A DNA stretch of 63,744 bases, counting the filler, from Octopus bimaculoides (lineage: Eukaryota), in the NCBI RefSeq assembly GCF_001194135.2. It is 6 parts of 6 records of this genome, joined end to end, with 100 filler letters (N's around TTAATTAATTAA, not from the genome) between each part and the next. Parts side by side here need not be neighbours in the genome. Positions count along the whole stretch, not along the records: positions 10,629 to 17,895 come from NC_068998.1; positions 17,996 to 35,194 come from NC_068999.1; 4 more parts are not named here. The stretch is one strand, 5' to 3'. Below the pieces are notes generated by a model. The model made no database searches. It was not told the DNA's origin and saw nothing but the letters and a program-made list of their open reading frames with translations. The translations under genes were made by a program, and so were the position numbers. Each line of letters starts with the position of its first letter. The stretch's first letter is position 1. Shown piece by piece: positions 11,951 to 23,860 of the stretch.

Positions 11951-13014
11951 CTAGCAGTATAGCCCGGTGCTGCCCGGGATTAAGCTAGGATTATTAAGTG
12001 ATCAAGTGCTTTATTTCAAACCAAAATAAGTAACATCGACATCAGATTTGAGCGAAATCCGTTGAAATTGGTTTGCTGGCAATTTGATTGGGAAATCCCA
12101 TAAGGAATCAGTTTATTGGTTATTTCCACTCATTGACTGTTTTTTTTTTTAAGTTGCATTAGAGATCTGCATAGGAGAAGGTTGATCTGAAGGTTTGCAT
12201 TGGGGATCTGGATTGGAGTAACTTAGGAAAACTTACCAACAGTCTAAACCAAAAAATAAGGGGCCTGTCCCTTCTAGGTTAACTCTAACCCTAACCCTAA
12301 AACCCTAACCCTGACCCTAACATCAACCCTAACCCTAACACCGTAGTGGAAATCGTGTGGCTGTTAATCTGAAAAATTACAAAACCCTTTTTGTGGTCCG
12401 AAAAACGGGTTGGAGTGTGGTGGAAGCCTCAGAAATTTTACCCATTTATATTGTGTAATTCACTGACAAATTGTTACATACCTCTTTGTTTCATTGTTAA
12501 ATAAATGGATTGTCAATAAACTTCTTTCTTCGGCGTGAAATATAAACAAAATTATTTCGCTCCAAAAGTAGTATATGTGCGTGTGTGTGAGAGTGAGGAG
12601 GTGGGGAGAAAGATGAACGATTTAAAATAAATAAATGATTTAAAATGAATATATTTTAATTGTTGTGTGAGAAGGTATATATAATCTCATTATAAAATAT
12701 AGTGTCTTTCAAAAACATCCTATATTTGAAACTATATCTCATGTTTAAGAAAAAAAAGCATTTTACATTTTCATTTTACTCTGTCTTCCTTACTCACACT
12801 TACCTTTTCTTTCGTTAGACGCTTTCTGTCTCCCTCTCCCACTTTTTATTTCCTTTTTTTTCTTGTTAGACGCTGGCAAACAAACTTTGTCTTCCTTACC
12901 TACCTTTTCTTTCGTTAGACGCTTTCTGTCTCCNNNNNNNNNNCGTGCTAATTTGTGGACGTGCATAAATTACATTCACGTACACACACACATTCTGCCT
13001 TTTATATATACAGA
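11951..13014 (-). mobile_element. non-autonomous Helitron (~1.06 kb)
   Basis: Minus strand A|TCTGTATATATAAAAGG ... CCCGGGCAGCACCGGG hairpin, CTATACTG, CTAG|T. This gives a 5' TC, 3' hairpin plus CTAG, and insertion between A and T, all canonical Helitron ends. Confidence 0.85.
12285..12338. repeat. degenerate telomere-like (CCCTAA)n tract inside the Helitron
   Basis: CTAACCCTAACCCTAAAACCCTAACCCTGACCCTAACATCAACCCTAACCCTAAC. Confidence 0.85.
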
Positions 13015-13117
13015 TATCTAAATTTTTAACTTTCATTCGAACTCATCGTAACATTTTTGTAATCGTTTCGTCCTGTAATGCCCCATCTGTGTACTGATTG
13101 TATAATCATTATAAATC

Positions 13118-13300
13118 TGTATGAGCAGAACGTTACCGGATGGGTACGTTGTCTGGAGAGTCAGAGAGGTAAAAAGGCTTCTATAGAGTTTTTAACGGAC
13201 GAACAGGGGTACAAGATCTATAGACAGGTGGAGATGCAGAAAGTATTTCACCAGCATTTCGCCCTGTTGTTCGGGGAGAGCGGTTCGCTTGAGCGTGCGG
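13118..13300 (+). mobile_element. L1/Tx1-like ORF2 fragment (EN-RT linker)
   Basis: GKKASIEFLTDEQG..EMQKVFHQHFALLF resembles the L1-type linker (Fxx(Y/H)FxxLF). Confidence 0.5.
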
Positions 13301-13400
13301 NNNNNNNNNNNNNNNNNNNNNNNNNNNNNNNNNNNNNNNNNNNNNNNNNNNNNNNNNNNNNNNNNNNNNNNNNNNNNNNNNNNNNNNNNNNNNNNNNNNN

Positions 13401-13431
<31 letters not shown>

Positions 13432-13544
13432 GTATGTATATAAGTATGTATATATATATATATATAGGTATGTATATATGTACAGAAATACAGCTGCAAA
13501 TACAAAGCGTGGCAAAAGTACTTGGTGGTCCGGTGTCATGTGTT

Positions 13545-14450
13545 TGGTTCCAATGACATATAAACAAGAATACAAAGCTGACTCTTTACAAATCATTTGT
13601 CTTAGTATCTCTGTTGTATTCTTATGAAACATGGACTTGTTATGAAAGGCATTTTAAATTGTTATGACAATTCCATCAAAAATGCCTTCATCGCATTTTA
13701 AACATTAAATGGAGTTCTTTTACACCAAACACACATGCCCTTGCTTCTGCAGGCATCACCTCAATTAAAGTTATGATTTTGAAGAACCAAATGAGATGGT
13801 GTGGTTATATTGTTCGAATACCAGATGAACGCATGCCGAAACATCTGTTTTATGGTGAGCTTGCAGAGGAGAAACACTATCCGCATAAATATAAAAATAG
13901 GTTTAAGGACAGCATAAGGACTACTATGAAGTCACTTGGAATGGATCAAGGGACATAGAAACCCTTGCTTCGGATCAAGTTAGATGGCAAACAAAAGTGT
14001 GGAGTGGAATGAAATCATTTGAAGAGGCAAGGATGTAAGACTCAAAACAGATCTAAGGAAGAATGCTACGATTGAGAAGGGGAATGAGAATGACCTTTTT
14101 GTGTGCACAGTTTGTGACAGACCATGCCTCTCTTTTTCTGGGCTCAAATCTCATATGCGAACCCATGGAAAACGAACCTCCACCAACTATTCTGCTTATA
14201 TGTCTGTGCACACTTTTGAATGTAGAGTATACCAGAAGGTTTGCAAATCTAACAGAGGCTTCAAAAGACATTTTAAGATCCACAAAAATCAGAACTTATC
14301 TGCAGCTCTTGGTTCAAATCGGACATTCAATCTATGTGGGTGTCTTTCAGCACATTGTCTGGTTTCAAAAGTCACATCAGATACCATGATGGTACTAAAG
14401 TGTAGATACAGGAGGTAGTCAAACTCTGCATAAGGAGTAGACAACCACCA
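13545..14450 (+). mobile_element. RTE LINE 3' part with three C-terminal C2H2 zinc fingers
   Basis: KLTLYKSFVL..LLYSYETW, QMRWCGYIVRIPDERMPKHLFYGEL, then CTVCDRPCLSFSGLKSHMRTH, CRVYQKVCKSNRGFKRHFKIH and a frameshifted NLCG..FSTLSGFKSHIRYH. Confidence 0.85.
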
Positions 14451-14499
14451 TGTATGTATATANNNNNNNNNNTATATATGTACATATGGATATTATATA

Positions 14500-15850
14500 T
14501 ACATATATATACATACAATAAATACCTCGATGATTGCTTCATAATCTGGACAAAATCTCAAAACACTGTGGAAGAATTCAACATCCTCCTGAACAACCTA
14601 CACCCATCCATCCAATTCACAAAGAAGATGACCAGTACCAAATTACCATTCCTAGATATAATGGTAATTAAAAAGAACACTGCCATTACCACATATATAT
14701 ATTATAAACACACAGATACACACCAATACCTGAATTTCAAATCGTGCCATCCACCGCATACAAAACGTAACATCCCATACTGCTTAGCCAGAAGAATCTG
14801 TACCATTGTAGAGGATCTAAAGACCAGAAATCAGCGCCTGATGAAACTGAAAGAATTTCTGCTCAAACAAAAATACCCGTCACTATTTATAGAAAATGGT
14901 ATTCAGCGGGCTTTGAAAAAACCCATACAACAACTGAGGACACCGCAAAGAAGAGAAAAACAAGAACAAATCATACCATTTATAGTCACACACAATACAT
15001 GCCACCAGAAAATCTTCCATATCGCTAAAGTAAACCTACCAAGCATTGCACAAAGTAAAGAATTGAGAAATATCATTACAGATCAAGCTATAACTCTCAG
15101 TAAGAGACAGCCTAAAAGCTTGAAAAAATCATTAACAAAGGCAAGGTTTGATCTCAGCAACAAAAATCAACCATTCACTGTGTCTAAATGCAATGATAGC
15201 CGATGTGGTACATGCCAATTAATTCATACCGGCCCATATATGAACACAAAAACAGGGAAAATATTCACCAATGCGAACATGAACTGCAAAAGTAGAAATT
15301 TAATCTATTGCATCAAATGCCCAAATTGCGAAGAACTGTACGTTGGCCAGACAGGTATTGCACTATCAGAACGCTCGCGTGTGCATCGACAACAAATTAA
15401 AAATCGAGAAGTCCGCCAAATGCCACTGAGTAGCCATCTGCCAACATGTGGTCGGAAAACTTTTATATTTCCATTTCATAAACTTTACAACCTGAATGAA
15501 ATTCAGAGAAAACTGAAAGAAAAAGGATTTATTAGGAAATTCAAACCCAAGCTTAACAAACAATGATTAAATTAATCTTATTTGAGGTTTAAAAATCTTA
15601 TCCCTATAACTAAAACACAAACAATCTCGAAAAAGTACTGCTGTCATCATTTCTAAAAATAAACATTGACAAATGGTTTGGCATCATCTCTAAAAATAGT
15701 CAAACAACTACTACTGCTGTCCACAGGAATGTATATAAAGGACAAAAGACAGCCAATCAACTACAGTTGAAACATTCCTGTCACAACATGGGACCTTGAA
15801 GACTGGTAAAATGCAAGAAAGTATACTAGTCCTTTAATATATAATATTCA
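14500..15850 (+). mobile_element. Penelope-like element: RT C-terminal half + GIY-YIG endonuclease, 5'-truncated
   Basis: Open frame to 15566: YLDDCFIIW, HPSIQFT, LPFLDI, YYKHTDTHQYLNFKSCHP, CNDSRCGTC, CKSRNLIYCIKC..LYVGQTG..RSRVH. The 3' region carries a hammerhead-like motif. Confidence 0.95.
15790..15833 (+). ncRNA. degenerate minimal type I hammerhead ribozyme motif
   Basis: GGAC-CUUGAAGA-(weak stem II)-GAAA-GUAUAC-UA-GUCC. Stem I pairs and stem III is the palindrome AGTATACT; the core has an extra U. Confidence 0.55.
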
Positions 15851-16319
15851 ATATTTCATTTATTCAATAAGACAATCAATACTTCATTTCATTTTACTAT
15901 ACCTACTATATATACTATATATTCTATATCCTACATTAATATTATAAGAATATAAGTAACACATAAAAAATAGACAGAGTTGGAATTCCTTCGAATAATA
16001 TATTCCTCTATACACAATCATACAAACCCCTTTATATNNNNNNNNNNNNNNNNNNNNNNNNNNNNNNNNNNNNNNNNNNNNNNNNNNNNNNNNNNNNNNN
16101 NNNNNNNNNNNNNNNNNNNNNNNNNNNNNNNNNNNNNNNNNNNNNNNNNNNNNNNNNNNNNNNNNNNNNNNNNNNNNNNNNNNNNNNNNNNNNNNNNNNN
16201 NNNNNNNNNNNNNNNNNNNNNNNNNNNNNNNNNNNNNNNNNNNNNNNNNNNNNNNNNNNNNNNNNNNNNNNNNNNNNNNNNNNNNNNNNNNNNNNNNNTA
16301 TATATATATATATATATAT

Positions 16320-17740
16320 CACGTTTATATTTTTGGATAAGATTAGTATTACATTTCTTTTTAATATTATTGTTTAACGTCTTTCTATCTTGATATAATA
16401 AGTATTTATATATATATTCATTTGTTATTTATTGTTGGTTGATATATGCATTCATTTTATTATTGTTGTATTTTGACCTGAAGATTATTAGCTATATTTT
16501 TGAATAGAATCGATTTTCGATTGATTTAATCGATTTGATTTTATTTTCTATTTGAAAATTTGGTTATGAAGCACGTGTAGTCGTTTTATGACTATTATTT
16601 TATGATTTTTACTTTGTATTTTATACTTCTTTATAGTGTATTTACTTATTAATTTTCTCTATATGTGACTGTGGATTTTCATGGATGAGTTCATGAACTT
16701 TGGTTCTTTTCTCTAAATTATATATTTATATATTATATACTGTGAAACTTAATTCAATTTTAATTTTTGATAAATTTAATTTCATTGAGTTTTTACCTGT
16801 AAATTTGGATTTTTATCCCTAATATTATTATCATAATTTTTTCCATTTTAAAATTAACGTTTATTGGTTGTATTTAACTTCCAATTTTCGTTAGTTATGG
16901 AATTTACAGGTAGAATTGAGCCGTTGTTTTGGAATTCATCTTTGAAGGATATCCCCATGAATAGAAATGAATATTTTTTGAAACTTATTAATAATATTAA
17001 AGATTTTATTGCTAGAATTAAATGGAAAGTCTACTTTAATAATAATATTACTAATAATAATGATGTAGATAATTCTAATTATATTAATTCTAAATTTAAA
17101 TCTTGAAAAGAACCCCCGTTTAAGAGGGATTTAAAGATTTTAGAGAATAATATTTGGAAGGTGGTGAAAAATATTAAATTTCATAAATACCCAAATGGAC
17201 ATAATGATTATTTAAGAAGTATAGCTATTAAAATAAAACAAATGAGAAATATGAATGGAATTATAGTACAATCAGATAAAACTAGGAACCTGTATAAACT
17301 AGATGTTAAATTATATGATAACCTATTAGAGAAAGAAATTAATAAAAAATATAAAATTGTTCCGGAAAATACTTCTATAATCTATAAATAAGGCCTCTAA
17401 ATTAATAATGATGAAATATGAATTAGATAATAAAACTGAACCTTATGTACCCAGGCACCCAAGAATTACATTAAAATACCATAAGGATAATTTCTATTCT
17501 GACCCTAAAGTTAGACTTATTTGTCCTTGTAAGTCAGATCTAGGTAAATTAAGTAAGATCATTTTAGATAAATATATCAATAGATTAAATGATATTAATT
17601 ACCTTAAATTATGGAATAGTACTATTGATACTTTAAGATGGTTTAATAATATTAAAGATAAATATAGATATAAATTTATTCAAATAGATATTGATAATTA
17701 TTATTCTTCTATTAATGAGATTGTACTTAATAAGGCCCTA
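16320..17740 (+). mobile_element. AT-rich Penelope-like element, 5' part (pLTR + N-terminal/RT start; Hydra-type clade suspected)
   Basis: KDIP..NEYFLKLI..FIARIKWK, IVQSDKTRNLY, ITLKYHKDNF..KVRLICPCKSDLG, WNST..WF, FIQIDIDNYYSSI. Same family type as 27040-28990; clade name is inference. Confidence 0.8.
16475..16582 (+). ncRNA. hammerhead ribozyme motif with extended stem II
   Basis: GAC-CUGAAGA-[~83 nt fold-back: AUUUUUGAAUAGAA/UUCUAUUUGAAAAU, UAGCUA/UGGUUA]-GAAG-CACGUG-UA-GUC. Confidence 0.6.
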
Positions 17741-17995
17741 ATTTATGTATGTATGTGTATGCATGTATGTTTGTGTGTATGCATAACATACGTATGCATT
17801 TGTGCATGTTTGTATGTATGCACTCTGCAAACCAAAAACTAAAACGAAATATATATACATATATACTTATATATATGTATATATATATATATATANNNNN
17901 NNNNNNNNNNNNNNNNNNNNNNNNNNNNNNNNNNNNNNNTTAATTAATTAANNNNNNNNNNNNNNNNNNNNNNNNNNNNNNNNNNNNNNNNNNNN

Positions 17996-18270
17996 AGAGA
18001 ATATAGATGATACAGACACTCCCCATACACACACATGCACTTACAAAAGACACAGACACGTTGAAGGACACGCATGCGTAGACACATACAATAGGAATAC
18101 AAAATACAAAATGGCTGATAGTTAGCAAGGTGAGACACACATAAGAAAGAAGGAAACAAAGGACCACTGATGAGGTCACAGAAGTGTGACGAAAGAACTC
18201 TGGCCGAAATAAGATTAAGATTAATGTAATATAAAGCTGAAGCAAATTAACACCAAATATACAGTGCGTG
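17996..18270 (+). mobile_element. probable PLE terminal-repeat fragment (non-coding)
   Basis: Carries a PLE-style minimal hammerhead; no ORF seen. Confidence 0.45.
18161..18205 (+). ncRNA. minimal type I hammerhead ribozyme motif
   Basis: CCA-CUGAUGA-G-GUCACA-GAAG-UGUGAC-GAAA-GAAC-UC-UGG. Intact core, perfect 6 bp stem II with one unpaired G, near-palindromic stem III and 3 bp stem I. Confidence 0.7.
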
Positions 18271-18311
18271 TGTTTTTATTGGCTAAACTGGCAATATGAC
18301 CATCCCCAAGT

Positions 18312-18343
<32 letters not shown>

Positions 18344-18559
18344 GAGTGTGTGTGCTCATATATGTATGTATGTATGTATGTATATGTGCAGATAATGTAT
18401 GTTTTGCTTTATGTATGTATTCTCGTGCATATAGTTGCATGTCTAGACATGCTCATACATACTTAAATGACAAACTTCTGAAAAGTTTTACAGAACGTTA
18501 CAGTTCCAGTGATGGCTTGGATCTGTAGTCTTTGAATCACCTTTCTCCTTTCTGTTTTT

Positions 18560-18759
18560 TTTTATATCCTTGGCACACGTCGATAAAAATTAATGAAGCA
18601 GAAATTAAATCAATGTGTCCACACGACGTACTTCATAAGACTACCAAATGCTCTCCACCCCAACTACTACCGACCTCTATTATTTATAAGAGTTCAACTA
18701 GTCCATTCTTCCAATCTCCCAGGGGTGTCAATGACTCTCGTTACAACATTTCTCCCTTT
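18560..18759 (-). repeat. putative 3' LTR preceded by a polypurine tract
   Basis: Minus strand AAAGGGAGAAA|TGTTGTAAC at 18759-18741. The segment 18560-18615 resembles 22808-22865 at the element's 5' end. Confidence 0.6.
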
Positions 18760-21700
18760 GAGATTGATTTCCGTTGGAAGTTAATATTATTTGTATTTAT
18801 TTCTTTTCCTTTCATCACATCTCCCTTTTTGAGATTTTCTTCCTAGGGAAGTTTAATATTTCTTTCGTTTAGGCACTACTTCCAACCGTTCTGTTTGTTT
18901 CCTCCTTCTTGTGCTGTTACGACTTTGTTCGATTTCTTGTGGCGTTGGAACATCAAACACTTCCATGGGTATCTTTTTTCTTTTTTCCGTATCTCTGTTT
19001 TTTAGCTAGTTTAAATGTCTTTTGTGTTCCCATTTTTCGCTTCTTATCATATGTGTCATTTTGCCTATTCTTTTTGTTATTACTCTTGTCCCAAACTTGT
19101 CTTCCATTTTTATATATTTTGAAAAACACCTTGTCACCGATATCAAAAACTTTGTCGTATTTTTAGTGTTTTTCACTATTTGTTTCTCTTACTGGCAGCA
19201 GCTTATCAAAATTTGACTTTATTTTTTGAGCAAACATTAGTTCCGCAGGCGACTTGCCTGAAAAAGCGTTTGGGTTGGTGTTATCCTATAAACCCTCAAA
19301 ATTTGTGTCAATGTTGCGTCATCGACTAGCTCGTTTCCTGATTTTTTCAACGTTCTTTTCAACGTATCCACTAACCTTTCGGCTTGCCCTTTAGATCTTG
19401 GGTGATACGGAGGAGCAGTAATATGTTCAAGTGAGTGCATCTTGCAAAAATTCTTAAAATCATTCGCCGTGAATTCTGTACTGTTATCGGAGACTGTAAT
19501 ATCTGAGACACCATACCTAGCGAAAAGTTCGTGTAGAAATTCAATTGTTACCGTGGATGTCGGTTTTCTGCATTTACGACATTTCTGGCCATTTAGTAAA
19601 GCTATCTACCACAGTTAGATAATATGATCGGTTTAACGGTCCTGCGAAATATGTGTGTATTCTGGATCATGGAATATCGGTCTTGGGCCAAGGTTGAAAT
19701 TTTATAGGTGGTGATTTTGTTGCAAGAGCACAACCTCCGTAGGATTTTACCAACTTCTCGACCTCTAGATTCATTTTGGCCAGTAAACATAGCTCCTCAT
19801 AAGCGACTTCATTCTAGAAATTCTTTAAACATTCGACCTTGTAGCGAGGTAGGCATTACGACCCTCTGTGCATGCATAAGTACATTATCACATATCGAAT
19901 ACAAATTCAAAACTGTGTTACGTCCAGCCACACGTATTTCTTTATTTGTTTCTTCTGATATCACTATTTTTAACGTTTTTATGATAAACTCGACCGTCTC
20001 TGCCTCAATTTTTTTTCCACCAATGTCACAGGCAATTCACGCACAACATTGCACAATGTATTTTTATTTAATTTTTAGCTTTTAACGCCGCTATCACTGT
20101 GTCTCTTAGTGGTTCACAGTATTTTGGTGTTAATCTTGACAAACCATCTGCATGTCCCAATTTTTTCGATGGCAAATGCTCCATCTTGAAGTCGTAATCC
20201 AGTAGGATCGTTTCCCCACGCTGCAATCTGTTGGCTGTATGCGTGGGGATAGCTTTTATTGAGCCATAGAACGACAATAGTGAGCGGTGGTCTGTCTGCA
20301 GACGGAACCTTCTTCCATGTATAGATTTATGGAAATTTTTTTAAATGCAAATATGATGGCTAATGCCACTTCTATCTAACTGTAACTTTTCTCAACCGGC
20401 AATAAAGAATGCAAAGCATAAGCTACTGCTTTCAGGCTGCCACTTTCACTAGCATCTGTTGCCACTACTGTTTCTATATTCGGGTCAAAATGTGATAACG
20501 ACAATTCCGACGTTAAAACGTTTTTAATTTTTTCAAAAGCTTTTTGATATTTGTTCGACCAGTTCCACTTAACGCCTTTTTTTTTACTAAGTTATTCGGG
20601 GTTGCTCTTAAATCGTGCATATTCGGTATGTATACCCAAAATTGCTTGTAACGTTGTAATGTTTGTTTGGGAGACATATTTTTTTATTGCACTCACCCTA
20701 GACGGGTCTGGTCTGCATCCATTTTCATCAATCATCTACCCTAGATATTTTATTCTTAGCATAAAAAATTCACACTTTTCCTCGGTGAGCTTAAAACCAT
20801 ACTCTTTTATTCTTTCGAAGAACTTTTTAGCACGCTCAGCATGCTGACCTCGATATTCACTTTTTATGAGTATGTCAAGGTAAGCTACAGCGAAATCTGA
20901 ACCTGCGAGAATAATGTCCATAATTTGTTAGAGAATGCCAGGTGCTACCGTTATACCAAAGGGAAGTCGATGAAATTCATACAACCACTTATGGGTATTT
21001 ATTGTCAAAAATTTTGAACATTTCTCATCGACTTTTACCTGCAAATATGCTTCAGATAGGTCCAACTTTGATAAAATTTTCCTCCATTCTACTTTGCGAA
21101 AATTCTCCCAGTGCTTGGTAACGGGTAATTATGTGGCATCAAACATTCGTTTAATCCCGTTGAAAAATCAGCGCATACTCGGATTTTAAAAATTATTTTT
21201 TTCTTAAATTGTTGGGGACGACCATTTTGAGTAATCAATGTTTTCAATAATGTCAAGCTTTTCAAGTCTATCTAATTCTTCATTAACTTGTTTCAATGCT
21301 GCGAAAGGTACCATTCGTTTTGGTTTAAATACCGGTATAGCGTTTTCTTTCATTTGAAACTTCGCCTCTGTTTTGGTGCAAAGACCTAATTCCTCAGAAA
21401 AAAAAAATTTAAAAACTTCANNNNNNNNNNCTAGGTTTCCTTATTTTTCTCCATGTTTCTGTATTAATTATCGGGATATTACTGCCCGTATCTACTTGCA
21501 ACTTGATATTCACATTATTCATTTTTATGGACACAAATTTTCTTTTCTGAGCTTCGCTTAACATTTTTTAACAATACATTCTTTCTAGAATTTTATTGTT
21601 TGGCCCTTTTTTTGTTTCGCTATACAATGTGAGCTTTTATGTCCGATTTTTCCACAATCAAAACATTTACGATTTTTAAAAGGACAATTGCATTTAAAAT

Positions 21701-22865
21701 GTAAACCTCTGCACCCATAGAAAAAATTTGGTCTTGACGTTCGTTTTTCTTTTTTCTTATCCGTTTCAGGACGACACGCATGTATCTGAGAGCAATCGTT
21801 TTCTTCACTTTTATCCACGTCATGCCTTAAATTTATAATCTTCAGGCATTCTACAGCCACTGCCTGTCGAGTTATATTTTGGTCCTGTTCTAATTTTGTT
21901 GATATACGGAAACTTATATCAGCATCTTTTCTTGCTGTTAACCCTTGAACAAAAATCAGACATTTGAACAAATCTGGGGTTAATTCATTTAATTTGAATT
22001 TTTCACACTCTCTGTTAACGACCCCAGCATAGGTGACGAAATCTTCATCATCTTCTTTAACATTGCCGACAAGTATTGAACAGGGAACTTCTTTCACTGA
22101 AAATTCTTGATAACAAATTAACTGTTTCATCGAAACATATTTCACCTGGTTTCTGCGGCAGAATATAGTTACAATATTTTTCGTGTTCGGCAGGGGATAA
22201 CTTTCTTAAAAGCAGACGCACCTTCTTCTCGTCATTCCAAATTTACATTCTTCTTTGAAGATTTCTTCGTATGCAGAAAAAGTAGTACCTTCTTCGTTAT
22301 AAAAAAAAACTCCGATTGAATTTGCTACGCTGTCTGACGAAAACGAACCTGAAGTATTTTCAGACTTTTTCAACATTACTTCCAGTAACTGTTGGTATTG
22401 TTGCNNNNNNNNNNGTATTGAACAGGGAACTTCTTTCACTGAAAATTCTTGATAACAAATTAACTGTTTCATCGAAACATATTTCACCTGGTTTCTGCGG
22501 CAGAATATAGTTACAATATTTTTCGTGTTCGGCAGGGGATAACTTTCTTAAAAGCAGACGCACCTTCTTCTCGTCATTCCAAATTTACATTCTTCTTTGA
22601 AGATTTCTTCGTATGCAGAAAAAGTAGTACCTTCTTCGTTATAAAAAAAAACTCCGATTGAATTTGCTACGCTGTCTGACGAAAACGAACCTGAAGTATT
22701 TTCAGACTTTTTCAACATTACTTCCAGTAACTGTTGGTATTGTTGCTGTTGCTGTTGCAACTGCACCACGCAAGCCAGCAAGTCTTCCATGTTAATGATT
22801 TTTTCATTTATATCCTTGATACACGTTGGATGTATAAATTAATGAAATGGAGGTTAAATCAATGT
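18560..22865 (-). mobile_element. decayed Ty3/Gypsy LTR retrotransposon
   Basis: Gag N-terminus (22790), knuckle CFDCGKIGHKSSHC, RT (AYLD.ILI, CEFFMLRIKYLG), RNase H region (HADGLSRL) and integrase (PPYHPRSKGQAERLVDTLKR) in Gypsy order. No protease motif recognised; many stops. Confidence 0.92.
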
Positions 22866-23215
22866 CCCAGTGTCCTAATAATTACAGGTATAAATCTAAA
22901 CTTGTAATCTGGATAGAGTAACTATAGATTACTCAATAGTTCAGTATAAGTGTTTTTTTCCCGCTGATCTTTAGTTTTGCGTTAACATCTGCTGGACAAC
23001 TAATTTCAACTACTGTACAGTTTCTCTTCTCTATCTCAAATTACTATGTCAGGTCTGTCATGTTTACATTTTATTGAGGTCTTCACTGGTACATTCCACC
23101 AGTACTCCTTTTTATTATGAGTGGCTATGGCTTCTGCCATACTGTAGGTTCTTATTTCTTTGGCTTCAGGGTTATCCGTCCAATAAATCTCATTATACAG
23201 TGTCCTAGCTACTGT
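22866..23215 (-). mobile_element. R4/Dong-type RLE domain fragment
   Basis: VARTLYNEIYW, KCKHDRPDIVI, TYTELL..LYPDYKFRFIPVII.TLG, with frameshifts. Confidence 0.75.
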
Positions 23216-23228
23216 ATGTATGTATATA

Positions 23229-23272
<44 letters not shown>

Positions 23273-23796
23273 TGTGTGTGTGTGTGTGTGTTTGTGTGTG
23301 TGTGTGCATGTATGTATTTAGTAGATCAATATATTTCTCAGTATCAAGTGACAAATAAGACGAATAACAAGTTGATGTAGAGGGTTTTCACAAGTTGAGA
23401 GGATGGTATTAGTGTACATAATGTAGTTGTCATTGCCATTAATAAATAATTCAATTAAAAGGGATTAGTGATAATGATAATTCTTGTTTAAAATGCAAGG
23501 GAAACAACTTTGAAGTCCAAATTAATAAAAATTGGAATGGAAAGATGCATTCTGTGGAGAATGAATCTGGTCCTTGGGGAAAATGCTAACTTTAGACATG
23601 ACTTAAATTTATTAAACGTCTTCATCGGTAAAACATAGTCTACCTGTGCCTATCAGACTGAAAATACATAAACTTTTCTCATACACAGTGAGAATACTCT
23701 GACATGTAGATGCTAGTCAGAGGGTCTTTGATGCCTCCCACTGTTATTACATACCGTATGGTTTATATGAATATATGTAAGTATGTGTGCGTATGG

Positions 23797-23843
<47 letters not shown>

Positions 23844-23860
23844 TAATGATAAGGAGAACG

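Noticed and set aside
22790-22865. Complete 5' LTR and primer-binding site for the Gypsy element
   Set aside because: Only ~60 bp resembles the 3' LTR region, a Dong fragment follows immediately, and no clear TG..CA end or PBS is visible.
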